The position numbers and the translations under genes are program-made. The notes below the pieces were generated by a model, which searched no databases, had not been told where the DNA came from, and saw nothing but the letters and a program-made list of their open reading frames with translations. Below are positions 52,073 through 64,000 of a stretch of DNA of 64,000 nt, piece after piece. Source of the stretch: Octopus bimaculoides (taxonomy: Eukaryota); NCBI RefSeq assembly GCF_001194135.2, contig NC_068994.1:869534-933533 (forward strand), read 5' to 3'. The stretch's first letter is position 1. Each line of letters starts with the position of its first letter.

Positions 52073-53579
52073 GTATACACACACACGTGTATATAATGTG
52101 GAAGATGCTGATACATTACTGTGTCGCTGTTCAGCTTCTCACAAGTTGTAATCCTTTGGACAGCAAAGCAGTGTTACCTCAATGATGACATGTAGTGTTG
52201 CAGTGGATCATCAGCGTCTGTTAATCAAAAATAAAGACTACTCTCATTGAGTACTCACACACCTGTCTATGAAAGTAAAGCACTACTCTGAGTTTCCTGT
52301 TTCACTTATGTCCTTCAAGTCGACTTAACCTGCAAGGAATAAAAATTTCAGTGTAGATCTTGAAAAAGGTTTAGCTTTGAAAAAATTAGTAACACCTGCT
52401 ATGTGTATTTTGTCTTTTTTGGGGGGAGCATTTGTACATTCAAACAGAATGCATCCTCACACATACAGACCTAAATTTATCATCATTAACACATATACAC
52501 TTCTCTCATGGCTACAAATATATAGACATTTATTGCTGAACTGCCCAACTTGTATGTGTAAAATTTTGATTTTAGTTGATTTTTGTCTCCAAATGAAACT
52601 GCTACAACTGATTTTTTAATGTTGACCAAATGCAAGTAGTTATTTACAAAATGTTCGCTTATTAAGATGGCTATATGATAGAAATTTTTACCCAGAATTC
52701 TCTGTCCACTGTGCTTTGGAGACTTTGCCAAGATTCACTTTGCAAATTTTATCAGAATACTCATGATTCTGGTGACTATTATATTTCTTGTTACAGTGTA
52801 TTTTTGTCTTGTATGTTCAGAAGTTCTCGAAATGGAAATATTGTCTCCTTCCCTGCCGCTCATCTTTAAAAGTTTATTTTTTAAACAGCTCCTCTTTAAT
52901 GAATTCCCACAATTCAATGGCAATCTCACACAGAATTCAATTTCCTGTATATCAATTTGACTTCATACACAAATTTCAAATATTATATATTTCTACTGTT
53001 TTGATAGCGTTCACTAATTATATAATATTATTTGGCTTCATTATTTAGTTTGTGTTCAATTAATTAATCAACTTGTTTCTTCTCAATAATAACAATAGTT
53101 TAAAATTCTATTTGAGATTTTATTGCAATCTCTTCACAACGTTTCCCTTCCACATCATCTACCCGACAAGCAAGCAGTGTTAATTTATCAATGACATATA
53201 CATGCGTACACACACGCATATACACATTTTTACATGTGTACACATGCGCATACATACACAAAATTACTATATTAACACATCAACACAAGTATATAAGTAA
53301 CTATATATGTATATGCCCCTATATCTATATATATACACATATGTATATACACAAATATATATCTTTTTAAGTCCTTCTATAGTTTACCTCCTGGGCACTT
53401 TAGGTATTTGTATCATAAGGCGAGAAAAAACAGAATGAATGCAATTATGTTAAACTTCTATCTGAAATTTTGTCATAGAGTCTGTTGGTGAACAATTTCT
53501 AGTAATATAGTTATTTTACAAGTTTTCCTAGTCACAGCTATTAGTAAAATATATCTACTTTATAGAATTTAATCATAGT

Positions 53580-54150
53580 TATGAACCCGAAACCCACTGC
53601 GACCCTCAGGAAGTCTGACTTTTATATATCCCCAGCCACAATAAAAGAGGAGGAAAAGTCATGTTTAGATCTAAATTTTAGTTCCTATTTTACTTTGGTG
53701 TTTGAAAAATATTTATGAAGTTTTTTTTCTCGCTTCCTGGTTGCAATTACTTCATCTGTGTATATATGGAAGACAACAGTTTTGAACATGGTGTCGCCAA
53801 ACATTTAATAGATTGTTTCTTACAGTAGTTAACGACAGTCTTTCAAAAGGGCTTTTCTGGATCAAATGTGGTTTAATTCGGGTTACCTTCCCATCTTTTA
53901 AATTTGAAACTGCAGCTGCAAAGTTTTAGATATTAATGGGATTCTAGATGTGCAAGCAAATAAATCAGGAAGATGGCGTTTTCTGTTCATGCGCATGAGT
54001 GTAAGTAGTAGTAACTTGAGCATGTATGCATGTGAAGAGACTTGCTTGGTATCTAACATGTGCAACTATGCAGTCACAGCACAGAGGTTTTCCAGCTAGA
54101 ATGCTGTCCTGTGCATTTAATAAATGTAAATGTTCTGCGCATGTCTATTG
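53580..54150 (+). promoter_or_regulatory. CpG-retaining promoter-like region with ETS, YY1 and NRF1-like motifs
   Basis: CAGGAAGT (~53607), AAGATGGCG (53970-53978), TGCGCATG (~53990 and ~54136). Candidate donor GAGT|GTAAGT at 54000/54001. Confidence 0.4.
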
Positions 54151-54726
54151 ATAGTGAGGACTATGGTGCAGTATGAGAATGCAAAAAGGAATAATAAGGT
54201 TCTAGAATTTAGAGGTCATCGGTCCTGTGATGAGTAGAAAGCCTGCTGACAATAAAATCCTCTTGGACTGGGTTGGGTATCTAACTGCAGGTAGGCTCTT
54301 CAACTATCACAAATATAAATGGTGGCTATATTTAGATGTGCATTTTAAACTGTTTATTGAAATGGCTCGATTTTCTTTCTTTCCCTGTTAAAGTAGTTAC
54401 TTCAACTTTCTTTAGGCTTTCGAGAAACAAATAAAGTTGTTTTCCTTGCAACATATTGTAGAGTTAAATTTTTAGTAGAAAATTTGAATTGTTTTGTAGC
54501 AGTTTCAAATAATATCAACTGGCTTGTTGTGTTAGTTTGTCAGGTGTGCATGCTGTCTTGATTTTAAATAGAGCTCTCTGTCTGCTGCTATCTTTCTCTT
54601 TCCTCTGACCGCTCTTGTTGTTGTTGCTGCTGCTGCTGCAACTCTTACTAATTCTGTCATTGCTGTAGCTGCTGCTGCATTGTTGTGCAGCCGTCTGTCT
54701 GTGTCTGTGCAGTTTGTAACCGATAC

Positions 54727-54860
54727 CTCAGCTGCAGCTACGACGCCATCTTACATATCTGCTTCTTGCTTGAACAGTTTACTTTGGCAAACTCGACCGG
54801 TTGAAGTCCACTTTTCTCTTTACTCCTTTCCCCTCAAACTTGTGCTGGCTGTCCAACTTT
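54727..54860 (-). promoter_or_regulatory. Candidate minus-strand first exon with YY1 motif
   Basis: AAGATGGCGTC at 54752-54742, donor GAG|GTATCG at 54727/54726, CpGs retained. The upstream boundary is uncertain. Confidence 0.3.
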
Positions 54861-57800
54861 TCCCATTCCTCACTGAGACTACGTCTACCAAAGCTATATG
54901 CATCTAACAAACTAAACCACCAACATTATATAATGTATGTAAGGGTGAGTTGGTAGTAGATATAATACTTTTTAGGTTTCTTCTCTTTTTATTTAGTGAC
55001 TCTCACTACATGTTTGCATTGGTTTATATGCTTTCTACTCATGTGTGTGCACATACACACATCATATGCATGTAAACATACATATATTAATATATGTGTG
55101 TGTGTGTGTGTGTGTACAGACAAACATTTATGCATATGTGCGTGAATGTATATATACATACACATACAGAATGTGTGTATGTGTATATATATGAGTGTGT
55201 GTTGTGTGTGAGTGTCTGTATGCATCTGTGTCTTTGTATAGGTGCATGCCAGACATGTGTGTGTACATAGGAACATGTTTATTTATGTCTGTGAAACAGT
55301 TCCATGTCAAACTCTTCAGTGTCGGAGGGGGTCCCCCACAATATTTTCTGTTTGTCACATTAGTTTCTTTAATTTGGTTGGAAGCTTTCTCAACTTTCCA
55401 TTGAAAACATACCTTACTTCCTTGTACTCAATACTTGTTTCCACTCTCTTTACTCGCAGTAAACATTGTTTTATTTTGTAACAAACTCAATATTTCTTTC
55501 ATCTTTTAACATTTAGTTTTGTTTTGTCCTCAATATTTCTTAACTGCTCCAAATTATTATTATTATTATTCCATTCTCAACTCTGTTGTACCTTCTATTT
55601 ATAGTCTGTACTTTTTCTAGACAAAAGGTTAGAGAATTTGTGTTGTTATTTCTTGATTTTATTTAGTTGGTTCGGTCAGAGAATTTTGGTTGTAACGCAA
55701 GTCCTCAACGTTGGTTTTGTTTCTGTTAAGTCACATCACCAAACTTCTTATAGTTTTACTTGGAATTCAAGTTCATTTATTTTTCAAACTGACTTTATCC
55801 TCTAAATACAAACTTATTCTTGTTTAATCTAACACAGCTGTCTTTTTCCCCCTCCTCGTCCTTTCTCTCTTCCTGATCATTATGATTTTTAAAAAAAACC
55901 CCAAGAGTTCAATTCTCAAAATCTAAACCAAAACAACATTGTTTTACATTTTGCGAAAATGCCTTCAAATAGGTGAAATGTATTTGTCATTTGATCCATA
56001 TTGCACCTGGACTTCTTTTCGCAGATCTTAACCAATAACTTTTTTTTTCAATAACGTTATATGAATTAACTGTCCAAGAAAGTTTTCCTCTTGCTTCCAT
56101 TTTTCTTGTGCTATTAGCAATTTACTGGTTCTCAACATCCGATATTGTTGTTGGGGGTTTCCTGTAAACAGTGTATCAATGCACAAGTAAGTGTTTTCTT
56201 TACAATAATTCATCAGTTAACTCGATTGACTCTCAAATGTTCACTCAAAATGGTTAGAACTCAACTTTTATGAAGACATCTTCCATGTAAAATTTGACTT
56301 AAGATAACTGATATTTAATGACAATAATGTGAAATATATAAGCCAAAGTTTCTTGTAATAATTTGCGTTTTCTTAAAAGTTTTACAATTATGTATTTTTA
56401 ATGATTAAAAAAATCTTCACTAATTCAATGAAAACTGTTTCTAATGAAGGTTCAGTGGTAGATGCAATTTATTAAGCCTACTGCTATATTTCTCTGAAAC
56501 ATCCAGGGTGCAGTGTGTGCATTGTGCGCATGTCCCTTCTCAGCCTTGTAAGCTTTGTCAGAAATTCTCGAAAAATTTGATGTGAAACTTAAAGATTGGT
56601 AAATTTATTGTAGATATTAGTTTTATATCAGTCTATTATTATAATATCGTTTATAATCAAGTCAAACACTTTAGGTAAGTTATATTTTTCTTTTATTTGA
56701 GTAGAAAACTCGACATAGTTTCAGTCAACCAATACAATCAATAGATTCTCATTTGATTTTACTCACCTCATATCAATCTTCAATAGTTTTTCTTTCGTTA
56801 AACTATTTTTACTTTAATATTTTCAGCCTGTTCTCTTTGTTTTCTCTGGGTCTGCATGAGGTTGTGTGCATTGGCAGACACTATGCAATCTATGTGCAAC
56901 TGACTGCTTGGTCATGACAATTGATATCTACTGCATGTGTAAAAGTGTGGGGGGAATTTGCAACTGCACTCACCACATTTTGGCAACAGCTAACACCATA
57001 TTTTGCAGTCTTCTTATTTACAGCCAGGCTATTTGTTACAGCAAGTTGTTACTCTAATTTTTTTTTTTTAAATTGGAAACAGTTTTTATTGTGGTTTGCA
57101 CACAGTACAGTCTCGAGATGTGCAGTTGTAGTGTTGGTGGCCTGAAACCGAAATAAAATGCAGTTGTGTTTTGTTTTAGAGTGATTTCATGATATGTCCT
57201 CTTTCTGGTTCTATCAACTAATTTACTCGAGAGAAGAAGTACATTTTCGAAAAAGAAAAGGTGTACATTTAAATTTGAATCTTCAAAAATCTCCTTCGAA
57301 TCCACTTGTAAAATGCAGCGACAAGTTGTTAATTTATGTGGATGAGTTTTATGGTATGAGAGTTAAGAGAAGTGGTTCATATATCTGTTAATGAAGGTAC
57401 AACACTACAATAGATGTAAAATGTCTTCTGATATTTAATCATTCGATGATATTTTAACACAAGTCATCGCCGCTGTCTTTCGCAGCAGATTATTTCTTTA
57501 GCAAAATTATTAGAAGCATCTGTATGCAGTGATAATGACAATATTTGTTGCAATGGTTGTCTTATTTCTTTGATGGGTTTCTGGAAACATTTCACATTTG
57601 TAGAAATCGTAAGTCAAATTTCATGCTTTTGTCTAGATTTATCAAAAACAAATTCCATTTTTGTATGATTTTAGTCTCTGTTGGAATTGCGCAGTTTTTG
57701 AAGCCGTTTTTTTTGATGGACCAATGAAAGTTTTTCTACCCAGGATGCCATTTTATCAAGTGTCTGTTGCCTGTTTAATATATCCTTTCTTCTTCTTCAG

Positions 57801-58302
57801 CAGTTTTTGATCATCAAAATAATTAGTTAACTTCTAAAATCTCTGCTTAACATGTAGCTTACATAATCTTCATCATTCTCAAAGGTCGAAATATCCCCTG
57901 CTTAAAATCTTCACTATTTTATAAGGAAAAAACTTCTGTTTAATTTTAGTGAAGGACCCTAGTCCATTGTTCATTTAACATGACATTGTGAACTTACCCT
58001 CGGTTAGCAAAGTCACACTAAAATATGCAACAAATGCTCTTATACAATGTTGTAAACATTTCAACACATTATTGAAAATGATTTTGAAACCTTCTGATCA
58101 GTTTCAAACAAAAATCTAAGTTTATTTGTTAACAAATCTTGTATCTCTAACAATCTTGTTGAATCATCCAACTAAAAAGGGCCTCTTGATTTTTATCCTC
58201 TTGAGAAATTATATTTTCACGTTTTTGTTTTTCTAGACAAAAAAGACCATTCAGGTGATCCGAATTTAGACAAAAAACATTCTTTAATATATATGAAGCA
58301 AT

Positions 58303-58465
58303 ATGGCGGCAATTGTTAGCATGGTGGTCAAAATGCTTAGTGATTTTGCATCTGTTTTTGCATTCTGAGTTCAAATTCCGCTGCGATCGACTTTGCCTTT
58401 CATCATTTTGGGGCTGATAAAATAAGTACCAGTTGCATATTGGTCGATTTAATTGACTTAAACCC
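58303..58465 (+). mobile_element. Family A SINE
   Basis: CTGAGTTCAAATTCCGCTGCGATCGACTTTGCCTTTCATC...GATAAAATAAGTACCAG. Confidence 0.85.
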
Positions 58466-61400
58466 GGAGAGAAAAAAAGAATATGTAGTGACTAGCGATC
58501 TATCATGGCGAAATATATATATAAAGCAACCCATCTAATATTTATGAGTAATTTCTCTCATTTCGTTTGATGTTCCTGCATCTGTCTGTCTTACATCTCC
58601 ATTAACAAGTGGTAACAGGAATATACTTGTAAACAATGAGCTTTGATGATATTTAACAGGAGGAACATTTAAACTGGTTTAAAATGAGATTAAAGACTGG
58701 ATTATTTTAGCATAGATTATTACTAATATGAAATCATAACAATATTTAAACCAGTATTAACAAATATTCAAGTTATTATTATCTACATGCCAATTTAAGG
58801 AATATTTTACAGTTGTGTGTATTTATTCCATTCTCTTATTATTTAAATTTCACATTTGTGACTTTCAGAATGCAATGGTCAATATTTACTCAACACTAAG
58901 TTGTTAAGGCTCACTTTCTACAGTGTATGGTGAAAGTGAAGGGTTTGAAAGCTTATTGTCATAGATCACAGCTTTAGAAAGTTTGTATGAATGTGTGTGT
59001 GGGGGGGAGAGAAGGACTCTTTATTGACTTGCTCGACATTATTAGTTGTTTATTATATGTAAAGTTTGCAATATGTTAATGAGGTTTGTTCTGCATGGTA
59101 CCACCTCCTCCTCCTCTCCCTCATTTTTAATTGGTTATCCTTACTTTTACCAAGTATTTTACAGTAAGACTGGATACAGCAATAGACAGGCTGTCTGTAG
59201 TAGAGTAAAGACTTCACTCAGCGCCACCTATCAGTTATTATTTTTCTAGATGGGTTACCTACCTTGGCTGCAGCCCCTCCGTAAATCTCAGTATTACAAA
59301 CTATATAGTCGGTTTTGAGGATTACGACACATATAAACACTAATTTAATCACCTAATATACTTAGAAAATTATGCTACACATGTAAAACCATTGAGCTGT
59401 TGCTAGCTTTCATTGTAATCAGATTTTGTGTCTACACTCTCATAAAATATCCAAACCTTGATCTCCAAACCATCTCAGTTCCTGACCAAATTTGAACAGT
59501 TCTACTTCTATTATACAGAAAAATCTCTCTGCAAAACTATTTTCTTCAAATATTTTGAGGCTAAAGAAAATTTTTCCATCTCAGTTGTTTGTTCAGTGTC
59601 TGGCATTTCAGTTTATCGAAATCTGCCAGTCTCAACTTGATTCCATATCACCATTACCGACACCACAAACAGCAACCATATTTCTAGGCACTACTAAATC
59701 TCTATTCTCTTTGTACGTGTGTGTGTGTGTTAGCTTTTCTTTAAGAAACACCTTCTTAGCGCTCTCTCTTTCATGCACATGCATGCGTGCGCACGCACAT
59801 ACACACACACAGCACTGGGTTATTGTCGTTTTATTAATGTTTTACATTTCATGTTTAAACTTTTATTTTATCAAATATATTTGGATTGAATTATTTGAAT
59901 TATTTGCAAAGTTATAAAGGTTTTCTCATTGTTTGGGCCACTTTGATCTCTAAATAATCTTTCGCAAAGCCTTCACATTCGATTGTACTTACATCACTAT
60001 TTGCCCGACATGTCTTTCCATAGAGTATGTTAATAACCTTATGTCAGTGTCATTACTGGATCGCCCTTTGATTTTGTTTTTCTCCCCCCCCCCCTGTTGG
60101 ATCCAATCTAAATCAGAATAGACTCTTCACTGAGTTTACTTGTATCTTGAAACACCTTTTCAAAACTAACATCTACCACACAGTATTAATCTAGGGTACT
60201 AAATCAACATTGTTCTTGCTAAAATCACTCCTACTAATCAATACTATAGCCATCATTTACAGCTTTTAAATGCCTTTTTTTTTCTTTTACTTCGGTGTTA
60301 GATATTGGTTAGATGACTGGATCATCACTCTCAAATGGTCTTTGAATTTCTCATAGAAAACGGTCATCATCATCACCTTTATAATCGTTATTGTTATCAT
60401 CATTTTGACATTGGTTGAACACGTCTCCCACACACATTCTGTTTGTGTATCTTGATTGTCTATTACTTTTAATATGTGATCTGAGCTCTTCTGAAGCCTT
60501 TCTTGGTCTACCATCTGCATTGTACACATCAAGCAATGTTTTTGATACCAGAGTGTATTTTTTTTTTGCTTCTTCCCCGTCTCATTAGAATGCTTTCATC
60601 ATTACTATCCCCATCACCTCCACCAAAAGCCATTGGTTTTATTATTGACTTCCAGCTCTATTCTACACATTGTACCTTTCAGCTTTGGAAGCTGTCCCTT
60701 ACAGAAATCCTTAATAACCTTGACACAATCTTGGTTCTCTCCTACTTCCTTTTCATAACCTCAACTCGCTAACCACCAGCCTTTCTTAACACACACACAC
60801 ACCTTCCTAGGAATCAGCTCACAAACTACCAAACTTTATTGACATCATCATCATCATCATCATAACCGTCATCAAGATCATCTAATGTGTGTCTTGCATG
60901 CTTCTATGTGTCGGATGGCGAGACAAGATAGTAAAAGTCAAAGGGCTACGTTGAGTTCAGTAGTGGTATGGGATGATATGGGAAGGTGGATCCAAGGAGA
61001 GGGGAAACTGATGGCACAAAACTGTTGAAGATGATGAAATGTGTGCATCCTTAATCTTGTATAATCATTGTAATTAGAGCAGCTGAAGTAGTGGCTGTAG
61101 TTAGAAGAGTAATGAAGGGATAGGGGTTAGGAAGATGAGATATAAATACATATATACGTGTGTGTGTGTGTGTGTGTGTGTATGAGAAATTAAGATAAAC
61201 ACAAGTTCATATTATTAGTCCCTATGCATCAGCTGTCTGAAGTGCATTTGGCTTCTTAAGTAGAGCAGATTATCAGGGAACACTTTCTTGCCTTAAGTTA
61301 CAGGGAACGACTGTCATTAGTTCTAGTGTTAATATCTCTTACATTTCCTCTCTATTTCACAACTAATTACACCACTCAGTATAGTAATTACTTAACAACA

Positions 61401-61957
61401 CTACAGAATGCAGACCGGATTATGAGGATCTATGGGGAACTCTGAACATAACAGTAGTAGTCTTGCATGCAAATACACACATATATAGATATTAGATATG
61501 ATGGCTGTCCACTTGTGATTGAAGAAGACCATCACTGACCATTAAGAGCATTGGGCACTCAGACAAAATTACACTTGGCACTTGTGGCTCTGCTCATAAC
61601 TAATGAGCCCAACTCTTGATCAACTTACATAGCCACAGATATTGCAGACCCCCACCCCCCAACCATTCACTACACTGGTGGTGTGTTTTCAGGCAGTTCA
61701 CTTAAATTCTACATGGAAAATGCCTGTTTTTTTGAAAATACTGTCTTCTTGTTTTCTCTATTGATGGTGACGATTACAATAGCACAGGTTGGTGCCTGGC
61801 ATGATGGAAGAGCACCGAGAGTGAGGCCGCCTTAGCTTTGTGGAAGCATGTCTCTAGAAGGTCACTCCAATTTTACACACCATAAAACTTAAACCATGAG
61901 ACAAACTCACAGCTTTAGTTTTAATGAAAATGTATTTGTAATGTGTGTGTGTGTATA

Positions 61958-62093
61958 CAGTAGTACCTTGGTTTACAAACACCTCAGATCACAAATAAAT
62001 CGTGCTTTATTTTTATATATTTATATATATATATATATATATAAAGCATGATTTATTTGTGATCAGAAGCATTCGTAAACCGAGGTACTACTG
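61958..62093. mobile_element. Hairpin MITE, pogo/Tigger-like, TA-flanked
   Basis: 53-bp inverted arms (46/53 match) starting CAGTAGTACCT.GGTTTAC, separated by an AT-rich spacer, with TA on both sides. Confidence 0.85.
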
Positions 62094-62164
62094 TATGTAT
62101 GTATGTATATAAAACATCATTTCTTTGTATATAATGTAAATATACGTATATGTGTGTGCCTGCC

Positions 62165-62378
62165 TTTCTGTTTGTGTTAGTTCACCCACCCACCCCTTGA
62201 CAGCCAGTACTGGTTTGTTTATGTCTCTGTACCTTTGCAGTTGGGCAAAAGAGATCTATAGAATAAGTACCAAGCTTAAAATGAAGTACTGGGGTCAATT
62301 TGTCTGACTAAGACCCTTCAAGGTAGTGCCCCAACATGGCTGCTGTCCAATGACTGAAACAAATAGGAAATAAAAGGT
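62165..62378 (+). mobile_element. Family C SINE-like repeat
   Basis: GAATAAGTACC...AAGTACTGGGGTC...CCCCAACATGGCTGCTGTCCAATGACTGAAACAAATAGGAAATAAAAG is the reverse of 5861-6062. Confidence 0.75.
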
Positions 62379-62449
62379 ATACATATGTGTGTGTGTGTGT
62401 GTGCGTGTGCATGTGTATTTATCATCATTATCCTCCTCCTCCTCATCAT

Positions 62450-62625
62450 CATTTTATATCTGTTTTCCATGATGTCATGTTTGGATGGTTTGAGAAGAAC
62501 TGGCAATCCAGAAAACTGCCCCAATCTATGTTATCTGGTTCAGCATGATCTCTACGGCTCGATGCCCTTCTTAATATCAACCACTTTACAGTAATATGCT
62601 GGGTGCTTTTTATGCAGTACCCAGT
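62450..62625 (-). mobile_element. Decayed RTE 3'-end copy
   Basis: GATGCCCTTCTTAAT..CAACCAC...GGGTGCTTTTTATG is the reverse of the RTE tail. Confidence 0.65.
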
Positions 62626-63024
62626 ATACTCTGTGCATTAGTGCCGTGAGCAGGTAACCTGCAAGACAAGATTCTCTCAACTGGAGTGGGTGGAGTGGTA
62701 TTGAGGGCGGTGGCTTTCAACCAAGTGATGAGAGGTGATGGAGGGACAGGAACAAGTGTCTTACTGTAGGGCAGATACATGGTTACCCGATTTGGGAAGA
62801 GAGAGAGAAGATGGTGTTGAAGAGGTGTTTGTGCAATCTGTCAAGTTAGGCGAAAATGAATACAAGTGGCATGGTTGGAAGCATGGTCAATCAGAATATT
62901 GTTTGGTGGGGGAAGGTGGAGAGAGGTAATAGTTCTCCACCCTCTTTATTGACATATATGTTGTAAGGGATGAATTTCTTGTTCATGCCACTTTTGCATC
63001 TCTTCTGATGCTGTAATTACCTGA

Positions 63025-63102
63025 ATCACAGAAGACCATGCAGTGGGACTGAACCCAGAATCATGTGGTTGAGAACCAAGCATCTTACTACACAGCCATG
63101 CC
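63025..63102 (-). mobile_element. Family B SINE head
   Basis: Minus strand GGCATGGCTGTGTAGTAAGATGCTTGG...GGGTTCAGTCCCACTGCATGG. Confidence 0.65.
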
Positions 63103-63119
63103 ATGTGTGTATATATGTG

Positions 63120-63193
<74 letters not shown>

Positions 63194-63197
<4 letters not shown>

Positions 63198-64000
63198 GTT
63201 GTTCAGAAAGTTTGTGCCGATTTTTCAAAGAAAGAAAAAGGTCAATAAATACTTACCATTACATTTTTAATCAACCAAATATGAACCATTTTGTTGCACA
63301 ATGCGTCTCCATCTTTCCTTTAATTTGAAAATACCCTCTTCCCAGAATTGAGGTGGTTTCATGGCAAAGAATTCATCAAGGTATCTTTTTACATCATCCA
63401 AGGAATTGAAATTTTTACCATTAAGACTATTCTGCTGAGACTTGAATAAGTGGAAATCCAAAGGAGCAATGTCTGGTGAATATGGAGGGTGGGGTAACAC
63501 ATCCCAGTCGAGCTGCAGCAATTTTTGTCTGGTTACCACAGAAACATGCGGTCTTGCATTATTACATTGGAAAACAACACCCTTCTTGTTGGCCAATTCT
63601 GGACATTTCTCTTGAATTGCTGCTTTTAACTCGTCCAGTTGTGTGCAGTATTTCTCAGAATTAATTGTCTGGTTACTTGGGAGAAGCTCATAGTACAGAA
63701 TTCCTTTCTAATCCCACCATACACAAAGCAAGACTTTTTTAGGGTGAAAACCCGCTTTTGGGGTGGTTAAGGGTGGCTCATGTCACTTACTTGAGGATCG
63801 CTTTCTCTGAATATTTCGGTAGATAATCCATTTCTCATCACCTGTCACAATTTGCTTTTAAAAAAGGCGCGTTTTCATTCCGTTTATAAAGCGAATCACA
63901 GATGGAAATGTGATCCAAAAGGTTCTTCGCACTCAACTCATGTGGTACCCAAACATCGTAGCGATTTGTGTACCCAAGCTTTACCAGGTGCTCATGAACG
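63194..64000 (-). mobile_element. DD34D mariner transposon, inactivated; continues beyond the window
   Basis: WVPHEL...KQIVTGDEKWI...HPKKVLLCVWWD*KG...NNARPH...HPPYSPDIAPLDFHLF...NGSYLVD* (stop at 63267). One frameshift and two internal stops. TIR TTGGGTTGTTCAGAAAGTTTGTGCCGATTTT abuts (TA)n 63128-63193. Confidence 0.96.

Noticed and set aside
56858-56905. GTGCATTG hairpin reminiscent of miR-33
   Set aside because: Only the first 8 nt match, and the stem depends on many G-U pairs and an internal loop.

Overview
Eukaryotic, AT-rich, microsatellite-dense DNA with four short N-gaps, most flanked by (AT)n runs. The repeat families resemble those I recall from coleoid cephalopods, most likely Octopus; this is recognition from memory, not a database search. 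I cannot support any host protein-coding gene. Every ORF-track entry that clearly looks like a protein is a decayed transposon: an RTE LINE with a PHD-like insertion (21.2-23.0 kb, +), RTE fragments (4.5-5.0 kb and 16.1-16.6 kb, -), a Penelope-like RT plus GIY-YIG element (39.0-40.2 kb, -), a maT/DD37D-type Tc1/mariner (49.5-50.4 kb, +) and a DD34D mariner running off the right edge (63.2-64.0 kb, -). There are also about 20 SINE-like copies, two MITEs and a TTAA-flanked nested insertion. CpG is retained at about 0-10 kb and 53.5-55 kb and strongly depleted in between, suggesting a methylated intronic domain between promoter-like islands. I found no convincing new biological system. The best leads are: a pseudo-tRNA unit in mixed inverted/tandem repeats (1-320); two opposed YY1/ATG-donor modules (54.0-54.8 kb); a nested transposon stack (4.5-6.1 kb); a mariner that may be horizontally transferred; closely spaced inverted SINE pairs as possible ADAR substrates; a 43-bp minisatellite with a variable window; and a pre-miRNA-like hairpin at 27.3 kb.
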